The translations under genes and the position numbers were made by a program. Shown in pieces: positions 8,099 to 17,443 of a stretch of DNA of 40,518 nt. Position 1 is the stretch's first letter. Each line of letters opens with the position of its first letter. The stretch lies in the NCBI GenBank assembly GCA_050260975.1, contig JBLNCV010000162.1, positions 1 through 40,518 on the forward strand, given 5' to 3'. This stretch comes from Syntrophothermus sp. GTDB taxonomy: Bacteria; Bacillota; UBA5301; JAMCQP01. Under the pieces are notes generated by a model. The model did no database searches. It saw only the letters and a program-made list of their open reading frames with translations, and was not told where the DNA came from.

Positions 8099-9140
8099 TC
8101 CACTTCTCCTCGCGTGCGTAGATCGAAAATGAGGCCCCACCCCGGCGGCAATTCCTGAGTTGAAGCAAGAGCACTTCCAGGGCCAGACGCGGGTTTACGT
8201 TGCGAGACAAGAGTTCCTTCGTCCGGGCAATGGCCCCAAGGGCAAACAGCAAAGCCTCCCGGTTGTACTCCCCGGCTTCCATCGCCAGCCAACCCATCTG
8301 CTCCCGGTTGACCAGCAAGCGTTCCCCGCGCGGCTTCTCCCCAGAACCCAGCAAGAGAAGATCCCTGTAATATGACAAGAGGATCTCCAGAAACATCCCG
8401 ATCTCTTCACGCCGTTTCTCAAGGGAAGCCGCTCTGGCAAGCATATCGGCCGCGGAGCATCCTGGCATCTCCCTGATTAGTTCCGCCGCTTCCGCCTGCA
8501 AGCCGGCAAAGGCCCCTTCAGACAGCATCAACCCACGCCCCAGCGATCCCTGGGCGGCGGGAGCCGCCGCCTTTGCCAGTTCCGGGCTGACACCCCGTTC
8601 TACCAGAGCACGGGCGAGCAATCCCGACGGCAACGGCCGCAATCTCACCGGCAAACACCGGGAGACCAGTGTGGGCAGAATAGCATGCGGGCTGTGCGCC
8701 AAAAGAATGATCACCGAATGGGCCGGCGGGTCCTCCAGGACCTTGAGAAGGCTGTTGGCTGCTTCGCCGGTCATGGATTCCGCATGATCGACGATAAAGA
8801 CCTTATATTCCCCTTCATAGGGCCTGTACGATATTTCATGCTGGAGAAGGCGCGTCTGTTCAATCTTCAGGCTGTTGCCCTCGGGGAAAACAATCTTTAC
8901 GTCGGGATGCACCCCGGCTGCAATCTTGCGGCAAGCCTCGCAAACACCGCAGGCATCCGGAGGATCCGTTTTAAGAGAAGCCCGGCAATTCAGCGTCGAA
9001 GCAAAAGCCCTGGCCAGCGTCTTCTTCCCGCTGCCGGGGCCTCCGACAAACAGGTAGGCATGAGCAATTCGCCCACCGCGAATCGCGTTTTGCATGACCT
9101 GGATCTCCTGCTCCTGCCCGATGACCTCCGCAAAACCCAT
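8091..9140 (-). CDS. holB: DNA polymerase III delta' subunit
   Basis: IAHAYLFVGGPGSGKK, CGVCEAC Zn motif, HPD, AANSLLKVLEDPP, LPTLVSRC. Start moved to ATG 9140 (GAGGT RBS). Confidence 0.95.
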   Translation of the reverse strand: MGFAEVIGQEQEIQVMQNAIRGGRIAHAYLFVGGPGSGKKTLARAFASTLNCRASLKTDPPDACGVCEACRKIAAGVHPDVKIVFPEGNSLKIEQTRLLQHEISYRPYEGEYKVFIVDHAESMTGEAANSLLKVLEDPPAHSVIILLAHSPHAILPTLVSRCLPVRLRPLPSGLLARALVERGVSPELAKAAAPAAQGSLGRGLMLSEGAFAGLQAEAAELIREMPGCSAADMLARAASLEKRREEIGMFLEILLSYYRDLLLLGSGEKPRGERLLVNREQMGWLAMEAGEYNREALLFALGAIARTKELLSRNVNPRLALEVLLLQLRNCRRGGASFSIYAREEKWNV

Positions 9141-9156
9141 CGTTACCTCCCCGAGC

Positions 9157-9612
9157 CTACGTGTACAGATCCACCAGCAACCCCCGGATCTCGCCAAGCT
9201 TGGCCAAAAGTTCCAGGCTGCCAGCCTGCGCCTTGAGCACCGTTTCCGCCAGCTCTTCCAGGGCCGTGTCCACTTTTTTCACCAGAAGAAAGAGCTTCCG
9301 CCTGCCCCGGCGGTTAAAGCCAGTCTCTTCATGGACATTATAGGCTTCCTTGACTATAATGTCAAGAAAACGCCTTACCAGATCCCGGTACCGGTACAAT
9401 TCGGCCAGATCTCTTTTGTCTTTTAACCGGCCAGCCTGGAGATCGAGAAGCGCGAGGAGTTCATCGAGCTGTTCCCGGGCCGCTTGCCCCTGCGCGGCCT
9501 GCAATGCGTCGTGAAACGGCGCATGGGACTTGGCCGCCACCGCCCGGACCTCCCTGCCGCTCATCGAAACAGCTTTGGCATCTTTTTGCAGGGTGCTGTT
9601 GCGGATCTTCAA
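9157..9612 (-). CDS. yaaR: YaaR/DUF327 family protein
   Basis: YRDLVRRFL...VKKVDTALEEL...LGEIRGLLVDLY C-terminus; lies between darA and holB. Confidence 0.88.
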   Translation of the reverse strand: MKIRNSTLQKDAKAVSMSGREVRAVAAKSHAPFHDALQAAQGQAAREQLDELLALLDLQAGRLKDKRDLAELYRYRDLVRRFLDIIVKEAYNVHEETGFNRRGRRKLFLLVKKVDTALEELAETVLKAQAGSLELLAKLGEIRGLLVDLYT

Positions 9613-9680
9613 CCGCCGCTCACCACCTGAATCGTTCGCCTACCGCACGGTCTCTTTCTAAACCCTTTCAAAAAATTGTC

Positions 9681-10016
9681 CTAAACCTTTTCAAAACGGT
9701 CAACATCCACCACAAAGATGGTCGCTCCCCCCACCGGCACCTCCACAGGCCTTGGAATAAAAGAATTAAGCGAGGTGCCAACCGCCGCCATGGGAGTGAC
9801 CAGTTGTTTACGGGACTGGCACGACTCCCTCACCAGTTGCATTACCTGATCGACCTTCTCCTCTTCGACCCCTACCAGCACCGTGGTGTTACCCTCCTTG
9901 AGGAACCCTCCCGTGCTGGCCAGTTTTGTCGCGCTGAAACCACCGTCCAAAAGCCGTTCAATCAACCGGTGGACATCCTGGTCCTGAACTACGGCAATCA
10001 CCAACTTCATGGCCAT
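9681..10016 (-). CDS. darA: Cyclic di-AMP receptor DarA/PstA (YaaQ), PII-like
   Basis: MKLVIAVVQDQD...ATKLASTGGFLKEGNTT...VGGATIFVVDVDRFEK. The real start may be the second ATG at 10010. Confidence 0.95.
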   Translation of the reverse strand: MAMKLVIAVVQDQDVHRLIERLLDGGFSATKLASTGGFLKEGNTTVLVGVEEEKVDQVMQLVRESCQSRKQLVTPMAAVGTSLNSFIPRPVEVPVGGATIFVVDVDRFEKV

Positions 10017-10031
10017 TCCTCCTTCCGGAAT

Positions 10032-11666
10032 CTAACTGGGAAAGATCGTCACTCGCCGATGAGGCTCTTCTCCCACGCTTTTGGAGCGAAGTTGATATTT
10101 TTCCGCCAGCTGGTGCTGCAAACGCCTCACATATGCGTTTTGCGGAGCAAGTTCGATGGGGGTCTCGGTGTCCCGTACCTGGCGGATGGCCTCCTCGGCT
10201 TCTTTCAGCGGATCACCGGCGCCCCCCGGGCCCAAAAACTCCCGCAAGAAACCCTCCATCTGAGCCATGGTATTGCTCCGGATCACGTAGATCGGCACAT
10301 TGCGATGCTCCGCCTCCTTGAGTTTTTTCGGCATCTTACGGTACTGGCCTTTAAGAGTGAGGATCATATCCGCCGTCTCCAGATCCTGGGCAATGTGCAC
10401 CGGGGCTTTCATTTCCGCGATGACCCTCTCCAGCCGGTTCCGGCTTACCGCGTACGGATAGACGGTCTTGATCTCCCTGATCTGATAATTTACCGGCTGG
10501 GAATTCACCGGCCCGCGTTCAGCTCCGCGCCCGACTAGTTCGCCCCGGACCCTCTCCCCTTTCCGCCTCCTTTCCCGGGGCAAGTTGTCGGCGTATTGGT
10601 CATTTGTCAGCCCATTCCACGTCTCAACCCCGCCCCAGCTCTCTTCCGGGCTTTTAGCCGGCTGAATTACCTGTACCTCCCCGTCGGCGGAGCGCTGCCG
10701 GATCTCGGGGGAAGGCGCAAAGCCCCGCAACAGTGCATCAATGGTACTGGCGACGTCGGGATGAATGGCAAAACGGTCCTTCTCCTGAATCTCCACAACA
10801 ATATCGAAAGTCGGCGGCGCCTTACGTTCCAGAACCGTCTTCTGGGTCCCGCGCTTGCGCGCTTCCTCATCCCCCAGGGTTACCGCGTGAATACCGCCGA
10901 TCAGATCCGACAGGGTGGGGTTAAGCACCAGGTTTTCCAGCGTGTTTCCATGTGCGGTGCCGATGAGTTGCACTCCCCGTTCCGCAATGGTCCTGGCGGC
11001 TTCTGCTTCCTGCTGGGTCCCGATCTCGTCGATGATGATGACCTCTGGCATATGATTTTCCACCGCCTCGATCATCACCTCCGCCTGCCGCTCGGCCCTT
11101 GACACCTGCATCCGCCGTGCATGTCCAATCGCGGGATGGGGAATATCGCCATCGCCGGCAATCTCATTGGAGGTATCCACCACAATCACCCGCTTGCCGC
11201 CGTCGCTCAGCACCCGGGCCACCTCGCGCAGCATGGTGGTCTTGCCAACCCCCGGGCGTCCCAGGAATAAGACGCTCTTGCCTGTTTCGATCACGTCGCG
11301 GACGATGTCGATGGTGCCGTAGACCGCCCGGCCAACCCGGCAGGTAAGGCCGATGATCTCCCCCTGCCTGTTGCGGATCCCGGAGATCCGGTGCAGGGTG
11401 CGTTCAATCCCGGCGCGGTTGTCGGAGCCAAAAGCACCCACTCTTTTGATCACGTACTCAAGCTCCTGGCGGGTAATCTGAGTTTCACTGAGATAAACAA
11501 ACCGGTCTGGTAATCTGGCTTCCGGCTGGCGGCCCAGGTCCAGTACAATCTCGATCAGGCTGTCCAGCCCCTCCAGCTTCTCCACCGCATTGCGCACCGC
11601 CGGCGGCAGAACCTCCAGCAACTGATCGAGGTCATCGGTGACACGCCGCTGGGTCATTCTATTCAC
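10032..11666 (-). CDS. SpoIIIAA/Ycf45-like AAA ATPase with C-terminal R3H domain
   Basis: EIVLDLGRQPEAR, NRAGIERTLHRIS, Walker A GRPGVGKT, VDTSNEIAGDGD, Walker B IIIDEIG, GTAHG, R3H motif RRLQH. Confidence 0.9.
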   Translation of the reverse strand: MNRMTQRRVTDDLDQLLEVLPPAVRNAVEKLEGLDSLIEIVLDLGRQPEARLPDRFVYLSETQITRQELEYVIKRVGAFGSDNRAGIERTLHRISGIRNRQGEIIGLTCRVGRAVYGTIDIVRDVIETGKSVLFLGRPGVGKTTMLREVARVLSDGGKRVIVVDTSNEIAGDGDIPHPAIGHARRMQVSRAERQAEVMIEAVENHMPEVIIIDEIGTQQEAEAARTIAERGVQLIGTAHGNTLENLVLNPTLSDLIGGIHAVTLGDEEARKRGTQKTVLERKAPPTFDIVVEIQEKDRFAIHPDVASTIDALLRGFAPSPEIRQRSADGEVQVIQPAKSPEESWGGVETWNGLTNDQYADNLPRERRRKGERVRGELVGRGAERGPVNSQPVNYQIREIKTVYPYAVSRNRLERVIAEMKAPVHIAQDLETADMILTLKGQYRKMPKKLKEAEHRNVPIYVIRSNTMAQMEGFLREFLGPGGAGDPLKEAEEAIRQVRDTETPIELAPQNAYVRRLQHQLAEKYQLRSKSVGEEPHRRVTIFPS

Positions 11667-11731
11667 CTGCTTCTTCCATTCGTGTCTGGTTCTCCCTAAA
11701 AAGCTTCTCCCCGGCTCCGGGCCACGTTACA

Positions 11732-13219
11732 TCAGAGAGAGCTATCCACTACCTTGATCTTTTCCAGGCGGTAGTCTTCGGGACCCTGGATGTAGATCCC
11801 AACCTCCTTTACAAGCTCCAGGTAGTCAATGATCTCCTGGGTAATCTCCTCCCCCGGGCAGATTACGGGAATTCCTGGCGGGTAGGGAGCCAGGAGCTCG
11901 GCGCTGACCTGGCCAGCCGCCTCCTTGAACGGTATCGCCCGGATGGAGGCGAAGATCGCATCTCGCGGCAACATAAACTGTTTCGGCAAGCCCGGTGGCC
12001 GTAAGTTATAGGTTACCTCCGCCAGGCGTTTCATATGATCGCTCGTGCTTGCCTGATGGGTGGCCAGATCCTCCAGGGCCGCCACCACCTTGTCGATATC
12101 TTCCTGGGTGTCGCCGATGGAAACAATCAAGAGTATATTGTACAGATCCGAAAGCTCGACCTGAATCCCGTGGCGGTTGCGCAGGATTGTCTCAGCCATC
12201 ATCCCGGTAAACCCGATCCCTTTAACCGAAATCGTCAGCTTGGTCGGATCTATGTTATGAACCCCGTGGCGCCCGATAATCTCCGTGCCGAAACAGTAAA
12301 GTCCATGGATCTGATTGATCCTCCTGCGGGCCTGCTCGGCCAATTCAATGGTCCGTGTCAAAAGCCGCTCGCCCTGCGTGGCCATCTGCATCCTGGCCAC
12401 ATCCAGGGAGGCCAGCAGCAGGTACGAGGGGCTGGTGCTTTGAATGAGGCGAAGCATGGTCTTCACCCGGGCCACCCGCACCCGCTCGCTCTTCACATGA
12501 AGCATGGAACTCTGGGTCAGGGAGCCCAGAATCTTGTGGGTGCTCTGCGCCACCAGGTCCGCCCCGGCCTCCAGGGCCGAGAGCGGCAGATCCGGATGAA
12601 ACCGCAAATGGGGCCCGTGCGCCTCATCCACCAGTACCACCTGGCCGCCGGCGTGGACGGTCTCCACGATCTTCTGAATGTCGCCGCACAGGCCGTAGTA
12701 ATTGGGATTGATCACCAGAACCGCCTTCGCGTCCGGGTGTTCCTCAAGCGCCGCCGCATAAGCAGGCGCCTCTATCCCCATGGCGATTCCAAGTTCCGTA
12801 TTTACCTCGGGTTTCAGATAGACGGGCTGCGCGCCGCTGAGAATCATCCCCCCGATAATGGATTTATGCACATTTCTCGGGACAATCAGCTTCTCGCCGG
12901 GGCGAATGACCGCCATGATCATGGCCTCGATGCCGCTGGTCGTTCCGTTTACGAGGAAAAAAGTGTAGTCAGCGCCGAAAGCCTCCGCCGCCAATTTCTG
13001 CGTTTCATGCAGTACCTCTTCCGGGTTGTGGCCGTGTTCAAAGGCCTCCAACTCCGACAGGTCAATTCGAAAGATGTTGCGGCCCACAAAACTCTCGAAG
13101 TTGTGGTGGACTCCCTCTCCCTGCTTATGGCCGGGAGTGTGAAAAGGGACGATCCCCTTTTGCGCATACTGCAAGATCGCGCTGAAAAAAGGCGTTTCGT
13201 ATTGATTTCCGCCAAACAA
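11732..13219 (-). CDS. Orn/Lys/Arg decarboxylase (YaaO/SpeA-like, PLP-dependent)
   Basis: PFHTPGHK, FLVNGTTSG, RNVHKS, VDEAHG, QSTHK (PLP lysine), STSPSY, PYPPGIP. Confidence 0.93.
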   Translation of the reverse strand: MFGGNQYETPFFSAILQYAQKGIVPFHTPGHKQGEGVHHNFESFVGRNIFRIDLSELEAFEHGHNPEEVLHETQKLAAEAFGADYTFFLVNGTTSGIEAMIMAVIRPGEKLIVPRNVHKSIIGGMILSGAQPVYLKPEVNTELGIAMGIEAPAYAAALEEHPDAKAVLVINPNYYGLCGDIQKIVETVHAGGQVVLVDEAHGPHLRFHPDLPLSALEAGADLVAQSTHKILGSLTQSSMLHVKSERVRVARVKTMLRLIQSTSPSYLLLASLDVARMQMATQGERLLTRTIELAEQARRRINQIHGLYCFGTEIIGRHGVHNIDPTKLTISVKGIGFTGMMAETILRNRHGIQVELSDLYNILLIVSIGDTQEDIDKVVAALEDLATHQASTSDHMKRLAEVTYNLRPPGLPKQFMLPRDAIFASIRAIPFKEAAGQVSAELLAPYPPGIPVICPGEEITQEIIDYLELVKEVGIYIQGPEDYRLEKIKVVDSSL

Positions 13220-13260
13220 CCCGAGCCGGCCTCCCTTTGCAGGTTACTCGACAATGAGGA

Positions 13261-13503
13261 TCAATGCCCATTCTCAGGTAAATTGGGCCAGAGCGCTTTT
13301 ATCCTGGCCAGGTAACCGTCATAAGCTGGATCCTCCACCGGAAGATCCACAAGATCTCTTTCGCATTCGGAACAGATCCGGCGCCCCCGGATAGTAATCC
13401 CATCTGTGACTACCTTTTCACAGATCAGGCATCGAAGATCTTCTTCTCTCTCCGGCAATCGAGGACTCTCCCCGGTTTTTACGGCACTATCGCTGGTCAT
13501 CAT
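13261..13503 (-). CDS. csfB: Anti-sigma-G factor CsfB/Gin
   Basis: CLICEK...GITIRGRRICSECERDLV...DPAYDGY pattern, upstream of the yaaO-like gene. Start moved to ATG 13503 (GGGGGTG RBS). Confidence 0.85.
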   Translation of the reverse strand: MMTSDSAVKTGESPRLPEREEDLRCLICEKVVTDGITIRGRRICSECERDLVDLPVEDPAYDGYLARIKALWPNLPENGH

Positions 13504-13573
13504 CTGATGCACCCCCGTCTCAAAATCTGCATGCCCACGGCAAATTATGCGACGGGGCAAATTGCCGTGCCTG

Positions 13574-16270
13574 TCAGGGCTGGCCGGCCAGTGAAAAGAC
13601 CTGGCCCGTCTTGCCGAGTTCTTCAGCGATGTGCGGATCCTTTGTCAAGCAGATGATCTGCAATCCGCCGGCCAGCTTTTTGCAAACCTCCAGAACCCCC
13701 GCCAGCCTGGCCGAGTCAAAATTCACGAAAGGGTCGTCCAGGATTACGGGAAATTCCGGTACGTTGGTCAAATATTCGCTTAAGGCCACCCGCATCGCCA
13801 GGTATAGCTGATCGATGGTTCCGGTGCTCAAAACTTGCGCTGGAACAAATTTTCCAGCCTCCGGAGAAAACACCCTCACTTGCAGGGCATTTTCCACGAC
13901 CTCAATCGAAACCTCCTGATATCGCCCATCCGTGATCTTCTCCAAAATCGCCCCCGCTCTTTCCTGCATCGCGGGCGCGGCGGCGCTTTGCGCCTCCCGG
14001 GCCGCTTCCTGAAGAAGCTGCCGGGCAAGCCGGGCGGCTTTCTCATCCTGCCGCAATTGAGAAAGCTCTTCGCGCAATCTCGCCACCTCGCCCCGCAGTT
14101 CGGCGGGATCCCCTTTTAACACGTGTTGCCGGTAGTTTTGCAAATCGCTGGTTATGGCCACCAGATGTACCTTGAGATCCTCCAGCTCCTTTTCAAGCCG
14201 GCTTTGTTCGTCCTCGTACTGAAGATATTCATCAACCCGGATCAATACTTTATTCTGGTCAAGCGCCGCGTCCCGGGCCGCCAACTCCACGCCGAGGAGC
14301 GCCTTCTCGGCTTCCAGCGCCTCCTCGCCCGCCCCGCTCGTCAGGACGGCGCCAGCATCCTCAAGAGACTTTCGCCGCGCCAGCAGGTTCTTGTATTCCG
14401 CCAGCCTCCGGCGGAAACTCGCCAGGTCCTGACACTGCGCCCGCATAAAGATGGCCTTCAGCGCCCTGTCAACCTCCTCGGACCGGCGGCGCAACTGCGC
14501 CACCTCCGCCCGCAAGGTATCGGCGAAATGATTGCGGCTCCTAATGTTTTCCTCGATCTTTCTGACAGTCTGCTTAAGCGTGTTGAGGTTGTCCACTTCT
14601 CTGGCGAAATCCACGATGGAACGGCCTCTAAGAATGCTTTGCAACTCGGCCTCGCAGGCCCTGGTGTCGTCCAGAAGAACCGACCTCTCCGCCAGCGCCT
14701 TTTGCCACTGGCGCTTCTTTCTCCGCCTGCCCAGGAGCAAAGCGCCGGAGGCAACCGCCAGTACCAGCCCGGCCGCCACCAATGCCCACAGCGCCGTGAC
14801 CACTCCTCCCGGCAGAGCATGGACTATTCTTGCGCCCCACTTGCCGAAAACAGTATTACCGACCCCGAAAAGCTTGGTTACCGGCAAAGCACTCCCGGCC
14901 ACCACCGCCCGGATAGCCACCCCTCCCATGGCAGCCCCGCCCAGGCCCAGGATCAGCAATAACAGGCTGGCGAAGATACCACCTCGTCCCGGATGCAGTT
15001 CCTCCGCCAACTGGCGTAATTCCTCAATACGCTGTTTCTGGTTGCGGGTTCGCTCCGCAAGCAGTTTGATCCGGACAAGGTTGTTCTGAGTCGCATCGGA
15101 AGAGATCCTCTCATTGACCGCGCCCAGATCTACTGTCCCTGCTTCCACAAGGTGTTGGAGCAGGGATTCCTGCTCCTGGGCCGGAGCGGGACTCAAGCGA
15201 TCCAGCTTTTCCCGGGCCTGTGCAGCTTCCCCGTTCAAGCCGGCGATCTCCTCCTCCGTGGCGGACAGAGCTGCTTCTTTTTTAACGATCTGTTCGGAAA
15301 GGAGATCTATTTGGGCCAGGCTGCTTTCCACTTCCGCCAGATTTTCATCGGTAAACATGGCTTGCGTCTCGCCAAAAGCCGACAGTTCGGCTTCCACACG
15401 CGCCATTTCACGTTTATTCTCGCGGATCCGGTCCAACTGTTCCACAACCTGGCGAAGCCGGTCCGCATAGCCGGTTCGCTCCTTTTGGATCTGTTCCCGC
15501 TTCCTGAAACCTTCCAGCAGGTTGCGAAGAGTGAGCAGCCGTTTCTCCTTTTCAACCAGCGCGTTTTGGTAGGCTTTTTGTTGTACCAGAAGCCCTTCAT
15601 ACTGCCCGAACGCCTTTTCCATCTCTTCCAGGCTTGCGGTGGCCTCCGCAAGCTTCTTTTCACACGCGGGAATCAGGCCGACGTTTACTAGGCCGTTGAT
15701 GGTCAGAGCGCTGAGTCTGGCGTCCAAAGCTTTCAACGCCTCTTTGGCCGAAACATCGTCGTTCCCCTGGGCGATTCTCTTGCTCAAGGCTTCGCTGATC
15801 TTATCAGCATTTGGATTCCTGGCAAGGTCCTCCCGCCAGTTGGCCACTTCCTGCTGCCGGATCAAAAGAGTGCTCTCCAGCAACACCGGATTGTTTATGC
15901 CGAGTTGATCCGTCAAAATAGCGGGAAGAAGATCGGGTTCACAGGGAAGCGCTCTTTCTCCGTCAACTCTGAAAAGCTCAATACGATCCTGATCGAAATC
16001 ACGCTCCACCTGGTAGACCTGACCCTTGTCATCGCGGAACGTTACCGCCGCCCGGTAAGGAAGCCCCGGCTGCCAGGGGCGGTAGGCGTCCCGGAGATCC
16101 CGTAGCCGGCGCGAGCCCTTGAACCCGTAGAGCACCCCCAGGATTGCGTTGATCAGGGTGGTTTTTCCCGTTTCGTTCGGGCCGTAGATCACCTGAAGAT
16201 TTGGGTCGAAATCGATGGTCTGGCCGGAAAACCTGCCAAATCCGGAGAACCGGACACGCATGATGCGCAT
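13574..16270 (-). CDS. SMC/Rad50-like ATPase (YhaN/SbcE type) with two hydrophobic segments inside the coiled coil
   Basis: Walker A GPNETGKTT, long coiled coils, signature LSTGT, DQLYLAMR, Walker B/D-loop ILDDPFVNFD. Confidence 0.88.
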   Translation of the reverse strand: MRIMRVRFSGFGRFSGQTIDFDPNLQVIYGPNETGKTTLINAILGVLYGFKGSRRLRDLRDAYRPWQPGLPYRAAVTFRDDKGQVYQVERDFDQDRIELFRVDGERALPCEPDLLPAILTDQLGINNPVLLESTLLIRQQEVANWREDLARNPNADKISEALSKRIAQGNDDVSAKEALKALDARLSALTINGLVNVGLIPACEKKLAEATASLEEMEKAFGQYEGLLVQQKAYQNALVEKEKRLLTLRNLLEGFRKREQIQKERTGYADRLRQVVEQLDRIRENKREMARVEAELSAFGETQAMFTDENLAEVESSLAQIDLLSEQIVKKEAALSATEEEIAGLNGEAAQAREKLDRLSPAPAQEQESLLQHLVEAGTVDLGAVNERISSDATQNNLVRIKLLAERTRNQKQRIEELRQLAEELHPGRGGIFASLLLLILGLGGAAMGGVAIRAVVAGSALPVTKLFGVGNTVFGKWGARIVHALPGGVVTALWALVAAGLVLAVASGALLLGRRRKKRQWQKALAERSVLLDDTRACEAELQSILRGRSIVDFAREVDNLNTLKQTVRKIEENIRSRNHFADTLRAEVAQLRRRSEEVDRALKAIFMRAQCQDLASFRRRLAEYKNLLARRKSLEDAGAVLTSGAGEEALEAEKALLGVELAARDAALDQNKVLIRVDEYLQYEDEQSRLEKELEDLKVHLVAITSDLQNYRQHVLKGDPAELRGEVARLREELSQLRQDEKAARLARQLLQEAAREAQSAAAPAMQERAGAILEKITDGRYQEVSIEVVENALQVRVFSPEAGKFVPAQVLSTGTIDQLYLAMRVALSEYLTNVPEFPVILDDPFVNFDSARLAGVLEVCKKLAGGLQIICLTKDPHIAEELGKTGQVFSLAGQP

Positions 16271-17398
16271 TTACAGACCCCCTCCTCGCAAAGCCCGCAA
16301 TCCCAGCTTCAGGGCTTCTTCCACTACCCGGGGTTCGGTGGATTCTTCCAGCATCTGCAAACATCTTCTCAAAAAGATGCCCTTTACCGTGCTTTGATCT
16401 GGATTGCCGGCAAGGGCTGGCAGGATGGAGGTCCTGTCCTCCACCTCGAAGTGAAAGAAGAGCGGCGAAAAATGTGCGGCAATCTCCCCGGCCGAAAAAC
16501 CCTGTACGACATCGGCATCCGGCACAATCCCCTCCAATAACACCTTGAGGCACAGTTCTGGATCGGCCATCCTCCGGATATTTTCATAAAGATCGGCCAG
16601 GCTCATCCGGCTGACCTCTTGGCTTATCACCTCATATCTGCGGTCGGCGATCTCCACTGGTTCAACTTGGGTTCCTGCCAGAGAATCAAGGGTCACAATC
16701 AGCGCCCGGCGCGGGGCAAGGTTGCCAAAGCCCAACCGGACCGGGCTGCCGGGATAAGCGCTCTTCACCGTGCCAGAGGAACAATCCCGGTAATCATGAT
16801 AATGGCCCAGGGCCACGTAATCGAGGCCTGATTCGGCGATATCTTCGGGGTAGATCGGAGAGTAATCTTCATCCCCGACAGGAACTCCTTTGAAGGTTCC
16901 ATGCAACATGGCCACCTGAAAGTTGTTGCCCAGGGATCTGTTCACCTGAAAACCCTGCAACAGGCGGCGGGTCCGGTCGGCGGCGTAATAGGGGACGCCG
17001 TGGATGGTCACCCCGTCGATCCCGTCGTAAGACGTAATCTCCGGTTCGAGGAAGATATGCACATTGCGCGGAAAATCCGCCCATCGAAAGACGGAATTCG
17101 CACCAGGCGCGTCATGGTTCCCCGGAATAATAATCACCATGATGCCGTGCTCCTCCAACCTGCGCATGGTCGCCACCACCGCCGCCAGGCTGCTTAGAGA
17201 CGGAGTAGGGCTGTGAAACAGATCGCCGGTGACCAGCACCGCGGTTACCCGCCGCTCAATGGCCAGATCCGCCATCCTGTCCCACGCGCCGAGGATCTCC
17301 TGGCGTCGTTTCTGCCTCCCCTGCGCGGGGTATCTTTCAAATAGCCATTCGATGTGTAGATCCGAGGTGTGCAGCAGTGTGATTCTCCTTTGAAGCAT
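16271..17398 (-). CDS. SbcD/Mre11-like metallophosphoesterase nuclease (YhaO type)
   Basis: SDLH, GDLFH, PGNHD, MLHG, ALGHYH, YPGSP motifs; abuts the SMC-like ATPase. Confidence 0.92.
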   Translation of the reverse strand: MLQRRITLLHTSDLHIEWLFERYPAQGRQKRRQEILGAWDRMADLAIERRVTAVLVTGDLFHSPTPSLSSLAAVVATMRRLEEHGIMVIIIPGNHDAPGANSVFRWADFPRNVHIFLEPEITSYDGIDGVTIHGVPYYAADRTRRLLQGFQVNRSLGNNFQVAMLHGTFKGVPVGDEDYSPIYPEDIAESGLDYVALGHYHDYRDCSSGTVKSAYPGSPVRLGFGNLAPRRALIVTLDSLAGTQVEPVEIADRRYEVISQEVSRMSLADLYENIRRMADPELCLKVLLEGIVPDADVVQGFSAGEIAAHFSPLFFHFEVEDRTSILPALAGNPDQSTVKGIFLRRCLQMLEESTEPRVVEEALKLGLRALRGGGL

Positions 17399-17443
17399 CG
17401 GCCCGCTCCTCCCTTTCTACTCTACCAAACAATTCCTCCCGGG

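Noticed and set aside
12035-13315. 426-aa + strand ORF, and similar long antisense ORFs (1890-2624, 3848-4702, 7169-8158, 9504-10538, 14123-14962, 18435-19403, 26479-27240)
   Set aside because: They lie opposite well-supported genes, have no recognisable motifs, and are expected shadow ORFs in GC-rich coding DNA.
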